Origin: Oculina patagonica
Taxonomy: Eukaryota
Reading direction: 5' to 3'
Length of the DNA: 64,000 bases
NCBI RefSeq assembly: GCF_052425735.1
Contig: NC_135763.1
Coordinates: 16,058,001 to 16,122,000, forward strand
Of the stretch, positions 52,402 to 62,288 are shown piece by piece; the first letter of the stretch is position 1, and every line of letters starts with the position of its first letter. Below the pieces are notes generated by a model. The model had not been told where the DNA came from, searched no databases, and saw nothing but the letters and a program-made list of their open reading frames with translations. The position numbers and the translations under genes are program-made.

Positions 52402-54344
52402 CCTCTGGAACCAAGCCTGTGCTGCAAAAAAACTTGACACATTAACTTGACCTGGAGTACAATTTATGGTCTGCGATAATAATTATGTAAATTCTCTGTT
52501 ATTTCATTATTTTTACATGTTTTTATTGAAACAAAATTTTTTTGCCATGAACCTCAGAATGGTTTTAAAACTTACATGTAATCAAGTGTCAGTATTTACA
52601 TGTAGCCTTATTGGGTTCTGGGATGTTCATATTATATAAAAAGCCATAAATGTCACTAAAGTATATTCAGGTTTAAACTGGCAACATGTAGGAATCAATC
52701 ATGTGACAATTTTATTACATTGACACTGTATTTTTGAGTTCATTTTGACTAACAGGAATTCCCTTGCAAAGTCTTCAAGTCACCTGTAAATAGAAACAAA
52801 ACAAACAAAAAACTATTTTTTTTATGAAATTGCTATTTTCCAGCATGCAGACTGTATATTAAAATTAAATGGCCTTTTTCAGTGTGTGAAAAAACTGGCT
52901 GCTTTTATGTTGGGCCAGTGGATCAGTAGCACTTTCTTGTCTGACACTTGCAGAACTAAATTTAGCTCTTTTTTCTTTGTTAATTCATCCTTATTTGTTA
53001 AAGCATACAGTATAACATATATTTAATTAGTAACAAAATACAGTCAAACATGATCTAGTTAATATTTAACCCAATCCCAAGATGTTTTCAATGATAAGTA
53101 ACTTGACTATATTGCGATGACGGTGTTTCGTCAAATTTTCTTGCGATGAAGCGGTGTTTGTGTAATATTGTTGTGGTGTTGCGGTGTTCAGGGTACCCCC
53201 ATGTCCCCCTCATTGCTAGAATTGACTGTCACATAACTATGTGTAAAACTAAGAGATCAACAACTACCTGAACTTGTTACAATCCATAGTTTAACTCACT
53301 GAACAGTAATCCAGAATGTCCTGTCAAAACATTAGGCATTCTATTAGTCCCAAAAATTACCTGTATACCACAAAATGTAAAGGAAACGTAAATCTATGTT
53401 TACCAATACAATGAAACATCATGGGAAGAACAAATTTTAAGTTAAGAAATGGTCTCATTTATTAAACATGCCCAAAGAGGCATTCCAAAACGCGAGTAGC
53501 ACTGTTCAATTGAATTCTAGATTAGCTACCAGGTTGACTGCAAGTAGTCTCTAGTCTAGCTTAAGAAAAAAAGAGATCACACTGAGCTGAAATGTTTTTT
53601 CCAATTTCAAAGGTATCGCATCAAATTCTCCTGACATAATTTTTCTTTGCGGCCTAAAATGGCCACTTGGTCAATATTTTGAGGAACATTTCCTCACTTA
53701 TAAATAATGAAAGGATACAATTCTTATTAATTTGAAAAACAGTAGCTTAAAATTCAGATGACGAACATAAATAACAGTTGCATGCCTCGACGAAATGACT
53801 GCCATTTAATACTATCGCCTCGTTCTCACTATCTATTTTTTTTACGCCTAGCCCGGCTTAAATTCCAGTGAGCTAAGTTGATAATCATGATAAACGTCAA
53901 AGAAATAAGCTTTAACCAGTCTAAAAAAATCATTGTTCAATGAGAAACACTCACCTCAGGTCCCTGTATAAAGTTTCTGTTACCCACGTTTTCGTACATT
54001 TCTACTCATTCCATATTCTTCTTTATCGGGAATACAAATAAAGGAAGTGTACCCGGGGACTCGTTTTGATGGCGTCAAGAAGGAAAAACATGGACAAAAC
54101 TGTCCTCTATAACTCAAAAATAGATTCCCTATTCTTGTTGTCATAGTCACCATTTTGAAAATCCTCTTGTAATAAGCCCACAACACAGACCACGGGGAAT
54201 CCGCTGGGGTGACCCCCAGCAGGGGGAGGGAGAGAGGCAGCTTTTTAACTTCTCCCCAGGCCCACTCCTTTCGTCTGAAAGAAATTACATCCATCCTCGC
54301 CAAAAGCAATTGAAATGAGAAGATTCTGACAACGCCATCATTAA

Positions 54345-56200
54345 GAGCATAAACTCTTCCCTTTGGCAAAATTTTCTTTTATTCCTACTGCAAATGGTCG
54401 TTGAGTAGGAAGCCAACAAACTTTTCAGTTGTATTTTCTACTGCCGTACTTTTTTAGGAAAAAGTAATAATGGCCATTTTTAAAAACACTATTTAAATAG
54501 CTACAACTTGGCTTAAAAAAATCCTAAGAGAGAGATACAAGTAAAGTTTTCAAGCGAATTTAAAAATGCGGTCCGTTCTGGTCACGTGACCGATGACGTC
54601 ATAACAATAAAAATGATAAAAATGCACTTAACATATAAATACAGTAAAAACCCACGTATTAGAACCTAGTTTTTTTCAAGTTAGCCTAAACAGGTTCTTA
54701 TATAAATGGTATTTAGGGTAAAATTAGGCTAACAAGGTTCCTCATTAGGTTCTTAACTTTTGTTCAAGAAATAAAGTAGAATTTTTTAATGATCTGGTCT
54801 TTAATGTCTAATAACAGTATTCTTGGAGGCTTCGGTAAGCAAAATACTATACTATATTAATCTGATTCTGTTAAAATCAAACCTATACTGTAACCTTCAC
54901 TATAATTCCCAAATAAATCTTGTATACAAAACAACATAACATGATAAAATGTCAACGTTCCTCTTTAAAAACAGACTGTGTTATAAATATATTTTTGAGA
55001 AGATTTTTTAATTCTATATTTTTGAGAAGATTATTATTTTTTTTTTTTTGAAAATAAGAACCTGTTTTAGAACGCCTAAAATGGTTCTTATGTGAAGGGT
55101 GCTTAAAAATGAAATTTTAGCCTAACAGGTTCTTAAATGTTAGGTTCTTATACGCGGGTTTTTACTGTATCTAACCACATGTAATTTGTTGCTTCCTCAC
55201 ATTTAATGCAACGCCAGATACGCACTTGTACGCAGACTCCCACTTTTTGAAAATTGTACATAGCTCCTTTAATATTCATATTTTGTTCGGTACCCGGGCA
55301 GTCTGAAATGCCTCACACCAATGTGCTTCAAACTGCAATGACTGCTTTTTCAGTAACAAAATCTTCGTCACAGTGAGCTAAAACGAACATCAGGGCAATG
55401 TCCCGTGACTAATGACAACATCGCTCTACGTCTTATACAAGAAGTGGTTATTTTTAGGAGTTATTTCTATACGACGTAGTAGTCCTGCTGGCTTCAAACT
55501 GATCAAGTTATTTGGCATTGACAATTTTTCAGCTGCAAAGGATTTTGGGAAGGTTTTTATTATAATTATATATTGTTTTTATTATTTTTATTATTAATAT
55601 TATTATCAATGTCAATCATGTCTCCATGGTAACCAAAAAACTTCAATTTCAGGTGAAATTTTTACCATTCATTAGTTATTAAGGTTGGCCAAAAAGTAAA
55701 TCACTTATTCTGCAGATATAAATACAAGGAACATCTTCTGAAAAAACTGAAGTCAATAGCTCAAAACTTCTTGCAAATATTTGCTGGAGCAGTTCCCTTG
55801 TCATGAAAAACACTAGTTTTGAGAAATTCTAGTTAAAAGTTTCAAACGTCAAAGAACAAAATTCTTTCATCAACATCATTAGAAACACTGTAGTTTTTTG
55901 GCAAGATGCTGTCTTAAGAAGTAAATACAAACAAAACTGTGACATGTGAGACATTGACATGTCCATTTGCTGCATGAGAAGGCACCAGCCTCATATGTGG
56001 TCCCTTCCCAATCCTCTCAGCGACCCTCTTTGTTGCTCGTCTTTTTTCTTTTGAATAGCTCTGATGATCTTTTTTCAGCTTTCTTTACTCTTTGAATGTC
56101 CAGAAAGTTCCATAACTCTGTGCTTGGCTTTTGGACCAGAGCAGAAATGCAATGTTGCAGAGATCCCTGGCATTTCTACATGCCTTCTTAGGGCTTGGGA
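54345..56200 (-). mobile_element. Remnant of a Kolobok/'Mutator-like'-type DNA transposon (transposase C-terminus plus one end)
   Basis: Minus-strand fragments LRRHVEMPGISATLHFCSGPKAKHRVMELSG, DIQRVKKAEKRSSE and WEGTTYEAGAF (56200-55975) resemble the C-termini of such transposases. Putative TTAA-bounded end at 54341-54345. Boundaries uncertain. Confidence 0.45.
54642..55167. mobile_element. Tc1/mariner (pogo/Tigger-like) MITE
   Basis: TIRs CAGTAAAAACCCACGTATTAGAACCTA and TAGGTTCTTATACGCGGGTTTTTACTG, TA on both sides. Confidence 0.85.
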
Positions 56201-56412
56201 CTAATGGTAGCCACCTTTACGATACCCACAAAATGGTTTGTTCATTTTTGCCAGCAAAGCGCTGGCAGAGTTCAGTCCAGATCCTACTCCTGTTCATTGC
56301 TTTTCCTTGTTGCGTGGTTGGGAGACTCTAGCTGAGGCACAGTGTTCCCTCCTTCAGTTCCAGTTCCGTCAAAAGTTCCTTTAAGAAGTCTTCCATTTTC
56401 CACTCCTGGTGG
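56200..56412 (-). pseudogene. Continuation of the BEL/Pao gag beyond the RAG-like insertion
   Basis: QEWKMEDFLKELLTELELKE and SASALLAKMNKPFCGY (start of a degraded gag Zn knuckle); the first motif is in frame with the gag segment right of 62289. Confidence 0.75.
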
Positions 56413-56448
56413 CACGGTGGTCGGTAACTAAGGAAATTTCTCCCGTTT

Positions 56449-56523
56449 GTGCGGGCTCATTAATATGCAGCGGAACTTCTCCAAAGACGTGTGTGGGCTC
56501 ATTAGTATGCAGCGGAATTCCCC
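56449..56523 (+). repeat. Two-copy subterminal direct repeat (42-bp period) inside the left end of the RAG-like element
   Basis: GTGCGGGCTCATTAATATGCAGCGGAACTTC at 56449 and GTGTGGGCTCATTAGTATGCAGCGGAATTCC at 56491. Confidence 0.85.
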
Positions 56524-57237
56524 ATGAGCTCTCAAGAGCAAACAAAAATGGCGGACGAAGTGGAGCAAGGAAATCTAGATTTAAAGGCTAATCATGGTAG
56601 TTCTGAGCGAAATGAAAAGTTTTGGAACACAAGCACGGTAGAAATGAAGTCCCTAGTTGAGAAAAAATGGATCAAGGCCGTAAGAGTTGCCAAAAATAAG
56701 CCCAATTATGGAATGGGCGAAATGGATTCCCTACACGAAGAGGTTTGTGGCAACAAACTTGAAATGGCTGGACCTCTCATCGATTGCTATCTTCGCGAAT
56801 TAGGAGAGGGTTTGAAAAAGAAGCAAACCCATTCAAAGGCAACTGGGCTTGTTAACCCTATCGTTCTTTTTATCCCTTGGATGATATTTAGACACATACT
56901 GACACTGGTTCGTGGCTACAAATGTGAGGTAAATGTTTCCAAGCGTGGGAAGAGAATTGAAGTCACCATTGAAAACCAAGCTACGGCCAGAAAAATGTTT
57001 TGCCCATCTAGATTTTCCGGCCAAAATTACTTAGGTCACCGGAAGTTTAAGAAGCTGTCCGATGGAAAATATCGCTATTCTGGAAGATCTGCCGTGGTTA
57101 TTACAAAAAACACACCGATGAAACTAGATTACAACATGACAGCAAATCGTGTTACACTCTCAGCATTTATTCAGAGGTACACCGAAGATGGTTTTGCAAT
57201 TGACAGTCAGCTACAAAAGATAATGAACAATAAATAG
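56524..57237 (+). CDS. Transposon-borne accessory protein of unknown function (237 aa; 229 aa if the AAAATGGCGG start at 56548 is used)
   Basis: Uninterrupted ORF starting ~110 bp inside the left TIR and convergent with the transposase. Basic, globular-looking sequence with no kelch or PHD pattern visible. Confidence 0.75.
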   Translation: MSSQEQTKMADEVEQGNLDLKANHGSSERNEKFWNTSTVEMKSLVEKKWIKAVRVAKNKPNYGMGEMDSLHEEVCGNKLEMAGPLIDCYLRELGEGLKKKQTHSKATGLVNPIVLFIPWMIFRHILTLVRGYKCEVNVSKRGKRIEVTIENQATARKMFCPSRFSGQNYLGHRKFKKLSDGKYRYSGRSAVVITKNTPMKLDYNMTANRVTLSAFIQRYTEDGFAIDSQLQKIMNNK

Positions 57238-57874
57238 ACATTTTGTAGCAACATATGTGTATTATATAGTTTTACATGATATACATTTTACAAAGTCTTA
57301 CCAAGTTAATAATATATTAAGCAGCAAGAGTGATCAGTATCTATTTTATCATTATAATATCAATGTACAATTCATCTTTTTGTTCATAAATAATATTGTT
57401 TAATTATCAAGCTAAAATTATTTTCACATTTAACAAATTTCTTCTAGGATACAAAATTAATGGAGATGAGTAAGGAGAATCATGTATGCTAACATATATT
57501 GCAACTACATGCACAAAGGTTAAACTCTGCTGTCAAGCAGTTTTCCAATCTCAACATCAATTAAAGAACTTAATTTATCTCCGGGATTTATCTACTCTGT
57601 TTTGAGAGATAAAAAAACTCAAACTATATTATGTCATTGAAAATTCACTTGGCTGTAATGTCAAATTATCAAACTCTGTTCTAAATTAGCATTAAAAAAA
57701 CCGTGTGAGCAAAACCAGGCTGCTTTAATCTTTAAAGGTTTTCAAAAAGTATCTATTATACACTCTTTATTCATTCAGACAGTCCACAGGTACTTTGGAA
57801 TAGAGGTTGGGCATCAGATTAAGAACCTGGAAGACATGGTGTATTTACAGTAGATTCATGTATTTTTTTTTAAT

Positions 57875-58160
57875 GGGAGACTAGGTGGCCTAATGGTCAG
57901 CGCACTTGACTCTGAGTCGAACGGCCAGGATTTGGGCCCTGGCAGGGCCGCTGTGTTGTGTTGTTGGGCAAGACACTTTACTTTCGCAGTGCCTCTCTCC
58001 ATACAGGTGTATAAATGTGTACCAGTGAATTTACTGCTGGGGGGTAACCCTGTGATGGACTAGCATCCCATCCAGGGGGGGGGGGAGTATTCACCTAATG
58101 CTTTGGAAAGGGGGATAAGCTCTGGCTGTGTGGGCCACTTGGCTCAGACACAGAGTTAAC
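57875..58160 (+). mobile_element. tRNA-derived SINE inserted between the two genes of the RAG-like element
   Basis: A-box-like GGTGGCCTAATGG, then TGTGTTGTGTTGTTGGGCAAGACACTT and GGTAACCCTGTGATGGACTAGCATCCCATCCAGGGGG. Same family as the reverse-strand copies at 26284-26570 and 29574-30286. Confidence 0.8.
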
Positions 58161-58226
58161 TATGTAATTAAAATGTTTTGAAATAATGTACCATTCATGG
58201 GATTTCAATTTATGTCATTTCAATGT

Positions 58227-61200
58227 CTAGCTACTTTCTGATGCTAGAATACCTTCAAGTCTCCTGATGAGGTGAGCTTTATCCCCAGAGAGAGAAGCTC
58301 CCCTTGCCTTTAGCTCCTTTTTAAGTTCACCAACTTTCATAGATTGTGGATGAATCTTGCTTGCCTTTCTACCCTTACTTACCTCATTGCTTGCTGAGTG
58401 TACAGATTTAGCATGGGATTGTAGGGTAGGTTCATCAGGAAATCTAAGCTCACATTTCCCACACTTGAATGGCTTGAGGATTTCCAGCAAATCCTCTTTT
58501 ACTATCATTTCTTGTGCACATTTCAACAGTTCTTCAGATTCTTGACAGAATGCACAGATAGAAATGTCATTTAGTGATCTTCCACACTCACAAAACTGAA
58601 GACTGTTTTTACAGTGTGGTGGAAGACGTGACTCAAAATGAGATACATAAGCAGAGGGTGCTGGCTGGTGCTCAGCCAAGTAAAATGCCCGGACATAGTT
58701 GGTACGCATCAACTGCCACCACTTACCTACAGTGCTTGTTGAGCGAGACCTGTTTGTTAAATTAAGGTCCTGCTTGACACCTGAATGTTTGGATTCCTTT
58801 GCCTGGAGAGAAATAATACCAAATCCTACCTTGTATTGTCTGTATAGTAATTCTGCATGGTAAGGTATGGCATAGCCAACTGTCCAGACCGTTAAATTTA
58901 CAGCTTCAGGGAAAAAGAGGGCAAGGAGATTGAAGTACATGGTGCAGATATCTTTTAGTTGGAGTATTTCAGCTGAATTTGTGTCCACTTTGTTGAAAAG
59001 AGTTCCAGCATCCCTGAGATACTGGGCCACTTTACCTAAAGCAAGTCGTTTGATCCTTTGTGGACCAGACTCACCTTCCATTTGAAGGGCATCAATTAGT
59101 CTAAAAGAATACCTGGCAAGGGAAATGGCCTGCTCACCTATAAGCCTTGTTGATATGTTGTTGCTCCTTTTTTCCTTGTCATTGTAATGCTCCCTTATGT
59201 GCCTAGCTAAAAATGCTAACTGACAACCTTTTCTACCTGTATTACCTGCTACCTGGTAGTCTCTTGTGGCTCTGCCTATAGCTTCCTGAAATGCCTCATG
59301 CTTACCTTTAAGTAACTCTGACTGCCTAGCTCTATCACCTGTACCCTCAGGATAAATTGATGGAGTTGTTGGAATGACTTGTCTTGGCTGATCATTGTCA
59401 CTAACCTGCAAAGGCAAACTCAGAACTTCCAAAAAATCCTCAGTTAACCCTCTCCGCAAGGCTTCCTGGTAGATAACATTCAAAAGATGCTGCCAAGCAT
59501 TAATTTCATTATGTACTGGCTCTGGTCTTTGGCGGTCTGCGTACTCACCTATTCTTGGGTACACCAGTTGTCTGATGCTGTTATCTGCCATGAATGACAA
59601 CTCTTTTTCGTGCCTCTTTGATTGACCAAGAGAGCTGTCCAAGGATTCCCTAAATCTTGATAATTTATCAAGGTCTTCTTTCCTCTTCTGCATGGTGGGT
59701 GGCTTCCAGGTATCAGAATCTGAATGCCCTATGGTTGCCCCCATTGTTCCCAAATTACCTTTGTGAACAAAAGCATAAGGGGAAGGGTATGTCGCAGCCT
59801 GATTTAACTCACCATTTGCCCAACTCTGCCATGACTGGTCAGCACTTGGTTGAAACTCTAAAGTGCACTGACGACCACACACATTCAAAACATTTCCTTC
59901 TAACAAAAGCATTTCTTCAGTGTGCTGTTTCCAAAGATCTTGCATCACTCTGTCTTTCTCACTGGCACTTAAGCAATGTAAGAGATACTGATAATCTCTA
60001 CTCCTTACTTTATCCCCAAAATTCCACAGGGTAAGTGACCCTATGGACATGCTGAGATCACTTGTTTCTGGGGCACCATCATCAGAAAACTGTACAATAA
60101 AGTGATTTACATTTTCATTAAACCAGATAAGTCGGTCTCTAAGATAAGGTAAACGTAAGTGCAAATCAAGAATCATGAAAACTAAACCTGTGACTGTCCT
60201 AGATACACCTGAGTAGTTTGGGATTTCAGAAACATGACCTACATCTAAGCTCTTTACAAACTTATCAACCCTTTCATCTGAGAAAATTCGAGGAAGATAA
60301 ATATTTCCACCAGCACACTTAACATTCCTCGGTAACCAGACATCTTTCTCAGCATTGAAAACTGAACTTTGAGTTTTACAAATAAGTTGGAATTTTCTTC
60401 TGGACAGAAATGCTTGATATTTCATGGCAACAGCCTGCTTTAATGCCTCCTCACTGTTGCCATATTCTTTCATAGCCCTCCCAAACACACCCTGTAGAAA
60501 ACTACCCCTCTTATAACTACCAATGAATTTCTCCATTTGATCTTTTGTTGCATTTGATTGTAAATAGTCCCATGCCCCATAGATTGACCCTTCCTCCCCA
60601 CCATGAATAAATTCTAGAATGTTTTTGGTTTCCTGCCTTCGCCTGTATCTTGTGCTAGAGTGTGGATTATTGACCATTTCAAAGGTTGTGGCCGTATTCA
60701 TCCTTCGTGCTTTGGCATTTTGTTTTTGTTCCAGTAGCACCTTAAGTTTCTCATATTCTTTAGATATGGTGTCTAACTGCTTTTCTTTGTCCTTAAGCTC
60801 TACTGCAACAGTTTCCTTTCACCTTTCTAATTTCTCTAAAATTAAATAAATTAAAATGAAATCAGTCAGTCGAATCAACCAATCTTTATTCACCTGCAAT
60901 CTCACAGTTACACATTCAAATATTGCCATTTCAATTACACTTCACTTAATTATACAACTAGACTAAAAGTTTCTGATCTACCTTTAAATATTTTCATGAA
61001 AATGTCCCTTGAATTTCTAAAAACATGTATAATATAAATTGTGCTAAATAAAATCATCTAAGTGTATTTTATTAAGGCACCAAGGTCTAGCTCAAGTAGT
61101 AAAGCAGAGTAAAGAAACAATTATTTTCTTCTACTTATAATGAAAAATCTGTTAAATAAAATTTCTCAAATACAGCCATAAAGAGACATCCTAAAAGGTC

Positions 61201-61788
61201 AACCATCTTTGCTTCTAAATTTAGAACACAAGAGCCTAACGTAAATAATGTCTGACTCAAACCTGTCTCAACTCTAGCTGTTGCATATTTCTCCTCAACT
61301 TCCTGTATCTGCCTTTCTTTCTCAATCACTTCTGATTCCCTAACAGAAACTCTGGCTTCCTTTTCATCTATTCGAGCCTTTTTAATCTCGCATTCCGCTT
61401 CGACCTCACTGGCGACATTTCGTGCCTCCCGTTTGATTGAGTTTCCGACTTGAATAGGTGATCGAACCCAAAATGGATTCACTGTTCTCCTCGAATCGCA
61501 CTTTCCATGATGGCGGTCATTTTTGCTGCATTTTCTGCTCTTTGAGCAAAGCTTTCGGCCGCTGAAAGAAACCAAAAACGTTTTCTGCTTAGCAATGACG
61601 ATACAAGAATTTCAAGATGGCGGACGGCTAAAATAGAATTCAAAACACCTGTAAACTAGCTAACAGCTAAGTGTGTACTTTTTTCCACGTTAAATAAAGT
61701 ATGTATGTATGTATGTATGTAAAACGGTAGTTTCAACTCCTTGTAAATACCTTTTCTTGTCTCTCTCTTCGTCGCTGACGGAAGCCAT
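58227..61788 (-). CDS. RAG1/Transib-like DDE transposase, 3 exons, ~981 codons, one in-frame TGA at 60821-60819; C-terminal C2H2 finger and SAP domain
   Basis: Exons 61788-61751 (MASVSDEERDKK), 61561-61263 and 60835-58227 with matching phases. By-eye matches to the RAG1 core: AVAMKYQAFLSRRKF vs CLAIRVNTFLSCSQY; QFSDDGAP (D at 60080) vs ESCDGMG (D600); LSASE vs LADE; PSADQSW (D at 59840) vs GYDEKL (D708); EPVH vs DALH; RLIGEQA vs RMNGNFA; GFGIISLQAKESKH (E at 58796) vs SIGAWASEGNESGN (E962). C2H2 FKCGKCELRFPDEPTLQSHAKSVH; SAP SMKVGELKKELKARGASLSGDKAHLIRRL. Confidence 0.8.
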
Positions 61789-62288
61789 TACTTCAAACTC
61801 TGTTCTGAACGTGCGATGGCATTGCCTGCTGGGATTTATTTCTCAATAAGAGCAAAAAACTCTTCAAGTAGGGGCTCCACGGGCTTAAATGTGCTTTCAC
61901 GCGGAGCACGGTCAAAACATGAAACACTTTCCATGCTCAAATCTTTATTTATATCATTGTACTCCTTCAGAACTAGAAAGACCAAAACATAATGTCCATA
62001 TGTGGTCTGCAATACCACCCCTAGCATGTTTTTAGTGGGTCAATAACACAGCCAAATTCTGAACGACAACAGCCCTAGCACACCTCCCTGGCAGATTTTC
62101 AGCAAAAAGATGCATTATAATTTATGCAAGCCCCCAACATGGAAAGAACAATACAAATGGACCAACGAGAGAAGTCAGCCAAGTTTATTTACATAATTTA
62201 TGGGAAACGACGCCATTTTGGTAGACGCTTGGATCACGTGACCAAAATAGCGTCACGGAGGATTTTTCCTTGGTTACCGACCACCGTG

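Larger units (their letters stand above)
56413..62288 (-). mobile_element. RAG1/Transib/Chapaev-related DNA transposon (5876 bp) with two convergent genes
   Basis: TIRs 56413-56446 (CACGGTGGTCGGTAACTAAGGAAATTTCTCCCGT) and 62255-62288 (reverse complement CACGGTGGTCGGTAACCAAGGAAAAATCCTCCGT), 29/34 identical. TGG flanks both ends (56410-56412, 62289-62291). Removing the element rejoins the interrupted BEL gag frame (..LQITRRKNH|QEWKMEDFLKEL..). Confidence 0.9.

Noticed and set aside
56524-57237. RAG2-like gene
   Set aside because: The position fits, but it is too short for a six-bladed kelch propeller and shows no kelch or PHD motifs.
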